From NCBI RefSeq assembly GCF_004010195.1, contig NC_057719.1:87385600-87449599 (forward strand): a DNA stretch of 64,000 nucleotides, read 5' to 3'. The position numbers and the translations under genes are program-made. Origin of the DNA: Chiloscyllium plagiosum. Taxonomy: Eukaryota. Below the pieces are notes generated by a model. That model had not been told where the DNA came from. It searched no databases and saw only the letters and a program-made list of their open reading frames with translations. Positions 10,753 to 25,280 of this stretch are shown in pieces. Each line of letters opens with the position of its first letter. The stretch's first letter is position 1.

Positions 10753-13700
10753 TCATAGAGTTATAGAGATGTACAGCACGGAAACAGACCCTTCGGTCCA
10801 ACTCATCCATGCCAACCAGATATCCCAATCTAATCTAGTCCCACTTGCCAGCACCCGGCCCATATCCCTCCAAACCCTTCCTATTCATACACCCATCCAG
10901 ATGCCTTTTAAATGCTGTAATTGTACCAGCCTCCACCACTTCCTCTGGCAGCTCATTCCATACACGTACCACCCTCTGCGTGAAAAAGTTGCCCGTAAGG
11001 TCTCTTTTATATCATTCCCCTCTCACCCTAAACCTATTCCCTCTAGTTCTGGACTCCCCCACTCCAGGGAAAAGACTTTGCCTATTTACCCTATCCATGC
11101 CCCTCATAATTTTGTAACCCTCTATAAGGTCACCCCTTAGCCTCTGCTGCTCCAGGGAAAACAGCCCCAGTCTATTCAACCTCTCCATAATGCTGAAATC
11201 CTCCAATCCTGGCAACATCCTTGTGAATCTTTTCTGAACCCTTTCAAGTTCTCAACATCCTTCTGATAGGAAGGAGACCAGAATTGCACACAGTATTCCA
11301 ACAGTGGCCTAACCAATGTCCTGTATAGCTGCAACATGACCTCCCAACCCCTGTACTCAATACTCTGACCAATAAAAGAAAGCATACCAAACGCCGCCTT
11401 CACTATCCTATCTACCTGCGACTCCACTTTCAAGGAGCTATGAACCTGCACTCCAAGGTCTCTTTGTTCAGCAACACTCCCTAGGACCTTACCATTTAGT
11501 GTATAAGTCCTGCTAAGATTTGCTTTCCCAAAATGCAGTACTTCACATTTATCTAAATTAAACTCCATCTGCCACTTCTCAGCCCATTAGCCCATCTGAT
11601 CAAGATCCTGTTGTAATCTGAGGTAACCTTCTTCGCTGGCCACTACACCTCCAATTTTGGTGTCATCTGCAAACTTACTAACTGTACCTCTTATGCTCAC
11701 ATCCAAATAATTTATATAAATGACGAAAAGTACTGCACCCAGCACCAGTCCTTGTGGCACTCCACTGGTCACAGGCCTCCAGTCTGAAAAACAACCCTCC
11801 ACCACCACCCTCTGTCTTCTACCTTTGAGCCAGTTCTGTATCCAAATGGCTAGCTCTCCCTATATTCCATGAGATCTAACCTTGCTAACCAGTGTCCCAT
11901 GGGAAACCTTGCCGAACACCTTACTTAAATCCATACAGATCAGTCCTTGCCTTTCCAAATACACGTACGTCCTGTCCCTCAGGATTCCTCCATCAACTTG
12001 CCCACCACTGACGTCAGGCTCACGGACTATAGTTCCCTGGCTTGTCCTTACCACCTTTCCTAAACAGTGGCACCACGTTAGCCAACCTCCAATCTTCTGG
12101 CACCTCACCTGTAACTATCGATGATACAAATATCTCAGCAAGGGGCCCAGCAATCACCTCCCTAGCTTCCCACAGAGTTGGAGAGTACACCTAATAAGGT
12201 CCTGGGGATCTATCCACTTTTTTGCATTTCAAGACATCCAGCACTTCCTCCTCTGTAATATGGAAATAATTATTCAAGATGTCACCATCTCTTTCCCCAC
12301 ATTCTATATCTTCCATGTCCTTTTCCACAGTAAACATTGATGCAAAATACTTGTTTAGTATCTCCCCCATCTCCTGCGGCTCCACACAAAGGCTGCCTTA
12401 CTGATCTTTGAGGGGCCCTATTCACTCCCTAGTTACCTTTTTGTCCTTAATAAATTTGTAAAAACCTTTTGGATTCTCGTTAACCCTATTCGCCAAAGCT
12501 ATCTCATGACCCCTTTTTGCCCTCCTGATTTCCCTCTTAAGTGCACTCCTACTGCCTTTATACTCTTCTAAGGATTCACTTGATCTATCCTGTCTATACC
12601 TGACATTGCTTCCTTCTTTTTCTTAATCAAACCCTCAATTTCTCTAGTCATTCAGCATTCCCTTGACCTACCAGCCTTTCCTTTCACCCTGACAGGAATA
12701 TACTTTCTCTGGATGCTCGTTATCTCATTTCTGAAGGCTTCCCATTTTCCAGCCATCCCTTTACCTGCGAACATCTGCCCCAATTAGCTTTTAAAAGTTC
12801 CTGACTATTACCATCAAAATTAGCCTTCCTCCCATTTAGAACTTCAACTGTTAGATCTGGTCTATCCTTTTCCATCACTATTTTAAAACTAATAGAATTA
12901 TTGTCGCTGGCCCCAAAGTGCTCCCCCACTGACACTTCCGTCACCTCCCTGCCTTATTTCCCAAGAGTAGGTAAACTTTTGTACCTTCTCTACTAGGTAC
13001 ATCCAAATAAAGAATCAGAAAATTTTCTTGTACACACGTAACAAATTCCTCTCCATCTAAACCCTTAACACTATGGCAGTCCCAGTCTAGGTTTGGCAAG
13101 TTAAAATCCCCTACCATAACCACCCAATTATTCTTACAGATAACTGAAATCTCCTTACAAATTTGTTTCTCAATTTCCCTCTGATTATTAGGGGGTCTAT
13201 AATACAATCCCATTAAGGTGATCATCTCTTTCTTATTTCTCAGTTCCACCCTTCCTATAGCATTTGTATCGTGGAACATTCAGCTGCCAGTCGTGTCTAT
13301 CCCTGAGCCATGTTTCTGTAATTGCTAACCATGCCCTGAGTTCATTTGCCTTCCCTGTTAGGCCTCTTGCATTGAAATAAATGCAGTTTAATTTATTAGT
13401 CCTACCTTGTTCTCTTCTTTGTCCCTGCCTGTCCTGACTGTTTGACTCACTTCTGATCTCAACTGTACCAATCTCAGATTGATCTCTTTCCTTGCGTTCC
13501 CCATCCCTCACCTTCCCTCCCGAGCAGCTCTAGTAAACCTCCCTGCTAGTATATTAGTCCCCTTCCAATTTAGATGCAATCCATTCTTCTTGTACAGGTC
13601 ACATCTACCCTAGAAGAGATTCCAATGATCCAAAAATGTGCATCCTTCTCCCAGACACCAGCTCCTCAGCCATGCATTCATTAGCTCTATTCTCCTATTC

Positions 13701-15056
13701 CTGCCCTCACTAGCTCATAGCACCGGGAGTAATCCAGATATTACTACCTTCGAGGACCTCCTTTTTAAATTCCTGCCTAACTTTCTGGTCTTCTCCTTTC
13801 AAAATCTCATCCTTTTCCTTTCCTATGTTGTTGGTTCAAATGTGTACAATGACCTCCTGCTGGCCCCGCTCCCTTGAGAACATTCTGCACCCTCTCTGAG
13901 ACATCCTTGATCCTGGCACTGGGGAAGCAAATCACCATTCTGATTTTTTACGGCTGTCTGTGCCTCAGAGTAGAGAATCCCCTTACACAATTGATCGCTT
14001 GGAACTCGATGTACCCCTCATTACATTAGAGCCAGTCTCAATACCAGAAACTTGGCTGTTTGTGCTACATTCCCCTGAGAATCCATCACCTCTTACATTT
14101 TCCAAAACAGCATACTTGTTTGAAATGGGGATAGCCACAGAAGACTCCTGCACTACCTGCCTACCTCTCTTACCTGTCCTGGAGTTAACCCATCTATGTA
14201 ACTGTATCTGCAGCTTTTCTCCCTTCCTATAACTGCCATCCATCACATCCCCTTGCTCTTGTAAATTCCTCATTGCCTCTAGCTGTTGCTCCAGCTGATC
14301 CATTCAATCTGATCGGATTTGCAAACAACAGCATTTATTGCAGATATAATCCTCAGTAATATGTAAACTCTCACTAAACTCCTACATTTGACAAGAAGAG
14401 TATATAACTCTACTAAGGGTCATTTTTGCTTCTTCCAATCTACAGGCCCAGAAAATAGCACTGTGTTATTCCTCTACAAAACACTGCTCCAGGCAAACTT
14501 AATACTTATCGCTTGTATTTTAAAGTTAATCAAGAGACATATCTCAAATAAAACATATAATCAAACAAGAAAGAACCCACTCTACTCACTGTTGTAGATT
14601 TATAGCCAGGCTATACTTAAAAATATTCACTTATCTGTTTCTGTGCTGTGACCTCTCCCCAACAGGTTCCTCCAAGATCACTTGTGAATTTCACTGTTTG
14701 TTAATTTTCCTAGACGCACCCCGATGTCCAGCAATACATAAATTCAACAGCAAAGGCAGTAACTGCACAGGTTCACTGCTGTGTCAGTTAGCAATGTGGG
14801 TTTCTCTCTCTCTCTCTCATGCACTGACCTGACCATGTGCTTCCTTTGCCTGTCTCTCTTCCTTTTAAAAGTGCCGTTGCTTTGACTTTTTTTTTCTCCA
14901 AAGTTCCAAAACAATGCAACAGCATATAAAACAGTAATTGCTGCTCCTGGAATTTGAGGAAATCACCTCCAGCACCTAAAATACCTCAAAAAAAGGAGCA
15001 GCCTGTTACAGCCAGAAACCTTTCCTGTCCTCCATCTTGGATTACCCAGAATCCTT
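10753..15056 (-). mobile_element. Near full-length decayed CR1 LINE (5'UTR, ORF1, APE-RT ORF2, 3' tandem tail)
   Basis: Fragments YFNARGL, VMVGDFNLP, SGVPQG..LG..LFVIYIN, SKFADDTKIGG, LVRPLLEYCVQFWSP; (CTCTATGA)-like tail; many frameshifts. Confidence 0.92.
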
Positions 15057-15234
15057 GACCCTTTGTTCAAGTTTGTTTCTTGCCCTCGTTGTCCTGATGA
15101 ATGAAAGGTGAAAAGCCTCAACTTTATATCTCCTTTTAACAAATATTTAACTTCTGTACCTCTGAGCAACTCTTCACAACCTACTGACATGGGTGAAGGC
15201 CCAGAGAGTGGGGATAAATGATCTGTGTATCATC

Positions 15235-15561
15235 GAATCCCTTCAGTGTGAAAACAGGCCATTTGGCCCAACAAGTCCACACCGAACCTCTGAACATCAA
15301 GCCACCCAGATCTATTGCCCTACCCTATTACTCTGCATTTACCCCTGACTAATGCACCTAACCTACAAACCCCTGAACACTACGGGCAATTTAGCATGGC
15401 CAGTTCACCTAACCTGCACATCTTTGGATTATGGGAGGAAACCCACGCTGACATGGGGAGAATATGCAACTCCACACAGTCAGTCGCCCGAGGTTGGAAA
15501 CGAACCTGGGTCTCTGGCGCTGTGAGGCAGTAGTGCTAACCACTCAGCCACCATGCCACCC
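15235..15561 (-). mobile_element. HE1/V-SINE-like tRNA-derived SINE
   Basis: tRNA-like head GGTGGCTGAGTGGTTAGCACTACTGCCTCACAGCGCC and V-domain-like gggtttcctccc..ccaaagatgtgcaggttaggtgaa. Confidence 0.8.
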
Positions 15562-15957
15562 ATCAGTTGGCGGGCTATCCCCTGCTCTGGCACCTCAACC
15601 TTCCACTATATTTATAAATGGATTGGAAGATGTAGTGGAAAGCTGTATATGCTGAGTTAGGTGGTACAACAAACATTGTAGATCGGAGTAGGAAAAGGAG
15701 TGGGCAGAACTGTGGCAAATGGAATTTAGTGTTGGGGGTGGGTGATCATCTATGCTGAGTCTTGGAAAAATAGTTCAGAGTATTTTCTAAAGGTGGAATT
15801 CTGGGAACTGCGGAGGAACACAGGGGTCAAGAGACCCACGTACAGAAATCACAAAAGGTAGTGGAAAAAGTAATTGGAAAGGCAACTAAAACACGACATT
15901 ATCTCAAGAGGCCTAAATGCAAAGATGTAGAAATTATGGTGCAGTTGAATAATGCAG

Positions 15958-16233
15958 ACTGCATCTGGAATGATTTCAGTACCAGCTTAGGCCACATCTA
16001 GAGAGATTTCAGTTCCAGTTTAGACCGTACCTGGAGCGATTTCAGTTCCGATCAGACCACATCTGGACTTGTTTCAATTCCAGTTTAGACAACATCTGGA
16101 GGAACTTAGGTTCCAGTTGGACTACATCTGGAGTGATTTCAGTCCCAGCGTAGGCTACACCGTGAGCAATTTCAGTGCCAGTTTGACCATACCTGGAGTG
16201 ATTTCAGATGCAGCTAAGCCACATCTGGAGTGA
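15958..16233. repeat. 32-33 bp degenerate tandem repeat (about 8 units, accacatctggagtgatttcagttccagtttag) inside an old CR1 remnant (about 15590-16720)
   Basis: Direct repeats visible; flanks resemble CR1 RT and 3' sequence. Confidence 0.75.
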
Positions 16234-16749
16234 CTGGCTAGAACCCTAATTCTGAAGAAAAATCATACTCTCTCCATGTTTGTTACAATATTCAAACAGT
16301 AAGAGAGATTGCATTGATTAGGTTTGTGTTTTACTGAAAGTACAAGATTAAGGGTGATCTCTGTACGGTGTTTAAGATGATTAAACAATGTAATCAGTGT
16401 AGTTTAAATCTATTTCCTTTGGTCAGAGAATCAAAGGAAGGGACGTGATCTTAAAACTAGAGCCAAGCTGTTTGGGGATGATGTCAGGAAGCACGTGTTC
16501 TCACAAAGATTAGAGGAAATCTGCACCCTGACATCCAGAAAGAAGTTCAGGCTCAGAGTCAGAGGGATTTCATCATGAGATTGATTGGTACTATATCTAA
16601 CAGATAGGGTGTTCAGAGACATGAAACCAATGTAGTTGGATGGAATTAAGGAAAAGATCTGACTTGGCATCAATTAAATGGCGAAACAGGCTCAAGGGAT
16701 TGACTGGTACATTTCTATTCCTATCATTCTGCAAAGTGTCATGTAATTG

Positions 16750-17900
16750 CATAAAATAATACCCAATTATTTCAAATCACCATAATCCTGTAATAATCTC
16801 TCAATTTCAAACATCTACGATCCTTTAATAACATCTGCTGTTTCATATCACTATGATGCTACAATAATATCCCATTATTTCAAACCACCAAATGACTCTG
16901 TAATAGTACTTCATAATTTTAATATTGCTATGATCCTGGGACAGCACTCTGTTTAATATCTCATTGATCCTGTAATAACATCCACTATTTCATATTCCCC
17001 GATCCTGTAAAATTCCCCATCAGTTTCCTATCTCTCAGACCCTGTAATAATAACCCAATGTTTAATATCTCCAGGATTCTGTCATATTGACCTATTTCAA
17101 ATCTCTGATACTCCAATAATATCCTAATGTTTAAAGTCCATATGATCCTGTAATATAACCCAAATTTAATACCACTAAAGTCCTGTAATAAACAGATGCT
17201 CAATACTTAATATCACTATGATCCTGTAATTCTCAACTATTTCATATCTTCCTGAACCTGTAATAACATCCCACTGTTTAATGTCATTTTGATACTGCAA
17301 TAAAACCCAACGATGTGATAGCCCCATGGGTCTATAATAAAACTGTATTGTTTAATGCAGCCATAATCCTATAATAATACCCTACTGTTTAATATTCCTA
17401 TGATCCTGTCAAGTACCCCAGTATCTGATATTCTCATGATTCTGTATTAATATTCCAATGTACTATCCCAGGATCCTGTAATATTACCCCATTATTTAAT
17501 ATCCCCCTGAATCTCATAACAAACACCCAAATAATTATGTGGTCCTGTAACAAATCTCTACTATTTAAGATCCTGAAATAACTCTAGACTATGTCTGATC
17601 CTAATACAGTAACCCACAGACTAATATCTCCATGCAATAAGACACAATTATTTGATAGGAGAAAGTGAGGACTGCAGATGCTGGAGATCAGAGTCAAAGA
17701 GTGTGGTGCTGGAAAAGCACAGCAGGTCAGGCAGCATCCGAGAAGCAGGAGAATCAACGTTTCAGGCATAAGCCCTTCGATCATTTGATATCTCTGTCAT
17801 AACACAATGATCAATATTATCCTACAATAGTACACTATTTCACAGGCCTTGATCTTATAATGACATCCCTCTGTTTAATATTTCCACGATCCTGGTCTTT
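16750..17900. repeat. AT-rich degenerate tandem repeat of about 35-36 bp (core ATCCTGTAATAA)
   Basis: gatcctgtaataa motif recurs at about 35-bp spacing over more than 1 kb. Confidence 0.7.
17658..17782 (-). mobile_element. Solo PLE pLTR fragment, truncated within the hammerhead core
   Basis: Same family as 3863-4090; 8-bp direct repeat ATTTGATA at 17650-17657 and 17783-17790. Confidence 0.75.
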
Positions 17901-18174
17901 TGTCCAACTTGGAAGTTCCGGGGAGCACAGACAAGCAGACCAGTCATTGTGACTGAAGTGAGATCGGTTAACTCAGTAAAGAGCTTGGTCCTGAAAGAGT
18001 CTGTATCAAAGGGGATGACAGATATAAACACAAAAGTGCTGGAGAAGGTCAGTAGATCTGGCAGTATCAGTGGAGACACAGAGACAGAGTCAGTGTTTTG
18101 AGTCTGATAAATAGCATAGCGTTGCAGTAACAAGCTCATGAACATTCTTAACAGAATATGTATCGATGTGATAC

Positions 18175-18347
18175 CTTTGCAGAACAGCTTGGCACTTGAG
18201 GATGACCTGCGCACAGTCAGAATGGTTGTTCTGCTCCAGCTGTAATGCAAACCTCTCCATCAGGTTCACCTTTTCCATCTGAGCTTCCACTGTTTTTAGA
18301 AACTGCTCGAGCTTGTGCTGTAAATTCTCCACACTCGTCAGGGAATC
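18175..18347 (-). CDS. SPTBN5: Beta-V spectrin exon DSLTSVENLQHKLEQFLKTVEAQMEKVNLMERFALQLEQNNHSDCAQVILKCQAVLQ(R)
   Basis: ttctag| ... |gtatca; 173 nt, phase 0/2. Confidence 0.9.
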
Positions 18348-19309
18348 CTAGAATGCGGCAATAAAACCAACTCTCAGAATTCGGTTTTACAGGTTTTCAG
18401 AACATTGAAACAAAATCTGGGACTCCGTTAAGGACACTTTCTGGCTCAATTTCAATTGTTTATTTTTTTCTGCAGGCTGGAGCCAGCCACAAACTATTAT
18501 CTTTTGAGATCTCTAAATTTTACTGAGAGCTACCCTTTGATTTTTGGGGGCTACCTTTTGGTTTTCAGGGGTAATTTATTTTAAGCTTTTGCTAACACAT
18601 CCATTAGATAATGTGGCCACTTAGTAACAATGCCTCCTATATTTATATTGACATCTTGGGCATTTCAATTCAAAAACTGAATTAGAAGAATTCATCAATA
18701 TCCATTCAACTTAAAGTCACAACACAAAAGAATTAGAATTAATAGTCAAAATGATAATACCACTTCGACTTAGACAAAACTGGAATATCTGCAATGCATT
18801 TAACTTTTTTATTGCATATCAAATCTCAATCTCAGATTTCAATTTAACAACTGGCAGTGTTCATTCCGAGAGCACCCATATCACCTTTTCCCTCCAACAA
18901 TACTTCCTGAACTTTTGGATCCTCACAAGATTCCATGTTAATTTCCAATAAGTTCATGACTTCAGTGAGCTCAAGTTTTTCTGGATCTTGAATGGCTGAG
19001 TATTTCCTTATTGCAGCCTCCCACTCCCCCTATTGTAATCTACCTCTCTCACCCACCCATGTTGCTCTGTTCCCCAACTCTTGTAGCCTTTCCTTTTCTC
19101 CTTTATAGACTTTCCCTCTCCTTTGCAACCTCCACCCATGTGTGGCCTCCTGTCACATCCTTCGCTCTCCAGAACTCAACCTTCTCCTGGCAGATTCTTT
19201 TCCCTCTCTCTCCCCCCCCTGGGATTTAAGCTTCTTCCCCTCCTCCTCCTCCCCCCCTCACTTCCAGTTAGACAGCTGTTTTCTTGTCTACTCTTGCTCA
19301 TTGCTCCTC

Positions 19310-22300
19310 CATAGAACATAGAACATAACAGCGCAGTGCAGGCCCTTCAGCCCTCCCTGTTGCGCCGACCTGTGGAACCAATCTGAAGCCCATCTAACCT
19401 ACGCTATTCCATTCTCATCAATATGTCTATACAATGACCATTTAAATGCCCTTAAAGTTGGCAAGTGTACTACTGTTGCAGGCAGTGTGTTCCACGTCCC
19501 TGCTACTCTCTAAGTAAAGAAACTACCTCTGACATCTGTCCTATATATTTCACCCCTCAATTTAAAGCTCGTGCTTTAGCAATTTAGCCCTCATGCTAGC
19601 CATCATCATCCCAGGAAAAAGGCTCTCACTGTCCATCCTATCTAACCCTCTGATTATCTTGTATGTCTCAATAAAGTCACCTCTTTTCTCTAATGAAAAC
19701 AGCCTCAAGTCCCTCAGCCTTTCCTCACAAGACCTTCCCTCCAGACCAGGCAACATCCTAGTAATGCTCCTCTGTAACCTTTCCAAAGCTTCCACATCCT
19801 TCCTACCAGAACTGTACGCAATACTCCAAGTGCGGCCACACCAGGGTTTTGTACAACTGCAACATGACCTCATGGCTCCGAAACTCAATCCCTCTCCCAA
19901 TAAAAGCTAACACACTGTATGCCTTCTTAACAACCCTATTAACCTGGGTGGCAACTTTCAGGGATCTATGTACACAGACACTGAGATCTCTCTGTTCATC
20001 TACACTACCGAGAATCTTACCATTAGCCCAGTACTCTGTTCCTGTTGCTCCTTCCAAAGTGAATCACCTCACACTTTTTTGCATTAAACTCCATTTGCCA
20101 CCTCTCAGCCCAGCTTTGCAGCTTATCTATGTCTCTCTGTAACCTGCAACATCCTTAAGCACTATACACAACTCCATCGACCTTAGTGCCATCTGCAAAT
20201 TTACTAATCCATCCTTCTACGCCCTCATCTAGGTCATTTATAAAAATGACAAACAGCAGTGTCCCCAAAACAGATCCTCACAGTATACCACTAATAACTG
20301 AACTCCATGATGAACATTTCCCATTAGCCACCACCCTCTTCTTTACAGCTAGCCAATTTCTGATCCAAACGGCTAAATCACCCTCAACCCTCCATATTTC
20401 GTGCAATAGCCTGGCATGGAGAACCTTATCAACACCTTACTGACGTTCATATACACCACATCAACCATTTTACCCTCATCCACCTACTTGGTCACCATCT
20501 CAAAGGACTCAATAAGGTTTATGAGACATAACATACCCTTCACAAAACTGTGTTGACGATCCCTAACCAACTTATTCATCTCTAGATGATTATAAATCCT
20601 TTCTCTTATAAACTTTCCCAACACTTTACCCACAACCGAAGTAAGGCTTTCTGGTCTACAATTACCAGAGTTGTCTCTACTCCCCTCCTTGAACAAGGGG
20701 ACAACATTTGCTATCCTCCAGTCTTCTGGCATTATTCCTGTATACTGACAACATAATGATCAAAGCCAAAGGCTCTGCAATCTCCTCCCTGGCTTCCCAG
20801 AGAATCCAATGATAAATCCCATTAGGCCCAAGGGACTTATCCATTTTCACGTTTGCCAGAATTGATAATACCTTATGAACCTCAATCCCGTCTAGTCTAG
20901 TAGCCTGTATCTCAATATTCTCCTCAACAATGTTGTCTTTTTTCAGTGTGAATACTGACGAAAAGCGTTTTCCCTATCTCCTTGGACTCCATGCACAACT
21001 TCCCACTATTATCCTTAATTGGCCCTAATCTTACTCTAGTCATTATTTTATTCCTGATATAGCTATAGAAAGCTTTAGGGTATTCCTTGATCCTATCTGC
21101 CAACTACTTCTCATGTCCCCTCCTGGTTCTTCTTAGCTCTCTTTCCTGGCTAACCTGTAACTCTCAAGTGCCCTAATAGAATCTTCACGTCTCATCCTAA
21201 CATAAGCCTTCTTCTTCCTCTTGACAAGAGATTCAACTTCTTTAGTAAACTTTAGCTCCCTTGCTTGACTACTTCCTCCCTGCCTGACCGGTACATACTT
21301 ATCAAGGACACAGTAGCTGTTCCTTGAATAAGCTCCACATTTCAACTGTGCCCATTCCCTGCAGTTTCCTTCCCTGCAGTATGCATATTAAATCTTACCT
21401 AATTAATCGCATCATAATTGCCTTTCCCCCAGCTATAACTCTTGCCCTGCATTATATGCCTATCCCTTTCCATCGCTAAAGTAAACATAACCGAATTGTG
21501 GTCGCTATCACCAAAGTGCTCACCTACCTCCAAATCTAACACCTGGCCAGGTTCATTACCCAGTACCAAATCCAATGTGGCCTTACCTCTTGTTGGTCTA
21601 TATACATACTGTGTTAGGAAGTCCTTCTGCACACATTGGACAAAAACTGACCCATCTAAAGTACTCGAACTATGGTATTTCCAGGTCAATATTTGGAAAG
21701 TTAAAGACCCCATAACAACTACCATGTTACTCTCACTCCTATCCAGAATTATCCTTGCAATCCTTTCCTCTACATCTCTGAAACTATTCGGAGGCCAATA
21801 GAAAACTCCCAACAGGTTGACCTCTCTTTTCCTGTTTGGAACCTCAGCCCATACTACCTCAGTAGACAATTCCTCATTAAACATCCTTTCTGCCAATGTA
21901 ACACTGTCCTTGACTAACAATGCCACCCCTCCCCCTCTTTTACCATCTTCTCTGTTCTTACTGAAACATCTAAATTCCGGAATCTGCAATAACCATTCCT
22001 GTCCCTGCTCCATCCATGTCTCCGAAATGGCCACAACATCGAAATCCCAGGTACCAACCCATGGTATAAGTTCACCCACCGTATTCCGGATGCTCCTGGC
22101 ATTGAAGTAGACCCACTTCAAACCACCTTTCTGTTTGCCGGTGAACTCTTATGACCTTGTAACCTCATTTCTGACCTCACTACTCTCAACCTCCTAGACA
22201 CTGGGACTACAATTTAGGTTCCCATCCCCCTGCTCAATTCATTTAAACGCTCCCGAAGATCATTAGCAAATCCAACACCCCGGCCCCCCGGAACCCACCC

Positions 22301-23485
22301 CCAGGATATTGGTACCTCTCTGATTCAGGTGTAGACCATCTTGTTTGCAGAGGTCCCACCTACCCCAGAATGAGCCCCAATTATCCAGGTATCGGAAACC
22401 CTCCCTCCTGCAACATCCCTGTAGCCATGTGTTCAACACCTCTCTCTCTCTCTATTCCTCACCTTGCTAGTATGTGGCACGAGTAACAAACCAACGATAA
22501 CAACTCTGTTTGTTCTAGCACTAAGCTTCCACCCTAGCTCCCTGAATTTCTGCCTTAAATCCCCATCCCTTTTCCTACCATGTTGTTAGTACCTATGTAG
22601 ACCATGACTTGGGGCTGCTCCCCCTCCCCCTCAAGAATCCCAAAAACACGATCCAGGACATCACAAATCCTGGCACCCGGGAGGCAACACACCAACCGTG
22701 AGTCTCTCACAGAACCTCCTATCTGTTCCCCTAACTATGGAGTCCCCAACAACTAATGCTCTGCTCCTCTTCCCCCTTCCCTTCTGAGCAACAGGGACAG
22801 ACTCTGTGCCAGAGACCTGTACCCCATTGCTTACCCCGGTAAATCCCCCTCCCCCCAGAGGTATCCAAAATGGTATACTTGCCATTGTGGGGAACGGCCA
22901 CAGGGGTTCCCTGCACTGCCTGCCTGTTCCCTTTCCGTCCCCTGACTGTAACCCATTTGCCTTTTTCTTGCACCTGAGGTGTGACTACCTCCCTGTAACT
23001 TCTCTCAATAACCCACTCTGCCTCCCAAACGATCCGAAGTTCATCCAGCTCCAGTTCCCTAACGCAGTTTCGAGGAGCTGGAGTTGGGTGCACTTCCCGC
23101 AGATGAAGTCAGCAGGGACACTGGTGGTGACCCTTACCTCCCTCATTCTGCAGGAGGAACATTCAACTGCCCTAACCACCATCCCCGCTAACTATTCTAG
23201 ATTCCCAAAGAGACTGTAGAAAAATAAAGAATTAAAAAAAACTGTTGCCTTACCAATCCCACGCACAGAACCACTTTTTTGGTTAGAGGAGGAGGATGGG
23301 TGGGAGACACTACCTAAGTAGTGTTTCAGGTAAAGCAACCACCCAAATTTATTACTTCACTTACTCAGCAGTCCTGTGCCAGCTCCTGTCAGTGTCTGCC
23401 GATTCACAAGATAAGTTTATATAATTTTAAATTTACCTTCCCAGCAGGCCCCTGGTCCTCGCCGTTGCTCCTCCCACTGCTGCTG
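19310..23485 (-). mobile_element. Near full-length decayed CR1 LINE of a second family (ORF1 with Cys-rich motif and SGNH-esterase-like region; APE-RT ORF2)
   Basis: AVECSSCRM..FICGKC, RALVVGDSIVRG, YFNARSIRN..VVAISETW, PEDWRIANVVPLFK, LVWPHLEYCVQFW; (TTCTATG)n tail; 5' boundary approximate. Confidence 0.9.
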
Positions 23486-24799
23486 CTACTGGCAAAATGG
23501 AGCAATTTTGCCAGAACAATCACAACCTGCTTCCCCCCCCCACCTCCCCCAGCCCCAGGGTTTGGAGCACTCACGAACCAATCAACAGTGAGCACACCTC
23601 TGTTGCCTCTGACAACACCTTGCCTCTGATTGGAGCAAACAACAGCTCCACTCTCATTACACAAGTGACTTTTCTCTGACTGGTCACATCTGCGGCTGAA
23701 CTTTCCTGTGTGGTCTGGGGGTTTTGAAAGAGAGTTCACCTGCCGTAGACCTCTTGGGAAGATTTAGAGATGAACACTTGTTTTGAGTGGTATTATTGAA
23801 AAACTGTTTGGCTTAGTCTAACTGTGAACATGCATTGGCCTGAGCAGCAAACCATCCGCAATGAATCATTGAACCCACTCACTAACATAATCGACCTGGT
23901 TATGTTGATAAACTTGGGCCTTCTGCCCCTTTGGCACCCAGTTTTACTCACTAATCGACATAACCAACACTATTCCTGCAGTGGATAGGTTGTGTGGCAC
24001 ACAGTATCCTCACCTCTAATGGCTGTTGAAGGCAAGTTATAATTCGATGAAACAAGTTAGTTGTTCATCTCAAAATCCTCCCAAGAGGCCTTAGGGCGGG
24101 TGGTAAACCTAGGGAGATGACAGTCTAATGGTATAATTGCAGGACTGTTAATCCAGAGACCCATGTAATGTCCTGGCAACCTGGTTTCAAATTCGGCCAT
24201 GACAGATGGTGGAATTTGAATTCGATAAACATCTGGAATTAAGAGTCTAATAATGACCACGAATCCATTGTTGGAAAAACCCATTTGGTTCACTTATGTC
24301 CTTGAGGGAAGGAAGCTGCAATCCTTATCTGGTCTGGACTACACATTACTCCAGACCCACAGCAATGTGGTTGGCTCTTGACTGCCCCCTGGGCAATAAA
24401 TGTTAACTTAGACAGCGACACCCTCATTCTGTGAATGAATAAAAAGAAAATGTAGTAAATGTAGAAGAACATCAATGCCATGCAGAAGCGTGTGGTACCT
24501 TCAGCACATGTTAACAGACTGCACATATAGGTTCCTGCATGAGCAAGTGCCATCCTCATTCTGAGGGATTGCCACCCACACATTTACAGGAAACGTAGAT
24601 GTCCCATTGGGTGTCAGAATTGGGAATCATGCATTTCCAGGATTTAGCAGCTTTTATCCTAATCATCACAAATTTTATAAAAGAAAACAAAGAATAATTT
24701 GGCTACACCAAGTCATCTTGCCTTTCCCATGCGCGGGGTGTCCACTACCTGTCCCTTGTCTAAACTGGTGAAGTTGCTGTTTAGCAATGAGAAACCTAC

Positions 24800-24877
24800 C
24801 CCTTTATCTTCATTAGCCAGGAACACCTCCTTGTTGCTGAGCCAGCTCTCACTCTGCTCCACGTAACCATAGAATAC
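24800..24877 (-). CDS. SPTBN5: Beta-V spectrin exon VFYGYVEQSESWLSNKEVFLANEDKG
   Basis: ttgcag| ... |gtaggt; 78 nt, phase 0/0; E.WL..KE.FL.NED.G motif. Confidence 0.9.
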
Positions 24878-24954
24878 CTGCAACACACAAAGGTTTCACC
24901 ACATGACAAGCTGGGACATGGGAGCATGTCTGGTGCAGCAAGACGCAAATGCAT

Positions 24955-25259
24955 GGCACGGCGGCTCAGTGGTTAGCACTGCTGTCTCACTGCACCAGGG
25001 TCCCAGGTTCGATTCCAGCCTTGGTGACTGGAGTTTGCACATTCTCCCTGTGTCTGTGTGGATTTCCTCTCGGTGCTCCGGTTTCCTCCCACAGTCCAAA
25101 GACGTGCAGGTTAGGTGAATTGGCCATGCTAAATTGCCCATAATGTTAGGTGTATTAGTCAGAGGGAAATGGATTTGGGTGGGTTACTCTTCGGAGGGTT
25201 GGTGTGGACTGGTTGGCCAAAGGGCCTGTTTCCACGCTATAGAGAATCTAATCTAATCT
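24955..25259 (+). mobile_element. HE1/V-SINE-like SINE
   Basis: GGCACGGCGGCTCAGTGGTTAGCACTGCTG head, B-box GGTTCGATTCC, (CTAAT)n tail. Confidence 0.85.
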
Positions 25260-25280
25260 GCACCATTTAAGATCATAACC

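Noticed and set aside
21399..22121. 240-aa endonuclease ORF as a host gene or active LINE
   Set aside because: It is the APE domain of a CR1 whose ORF2 is broken by stops and frameshifts; no intact autonomous element exists in the window
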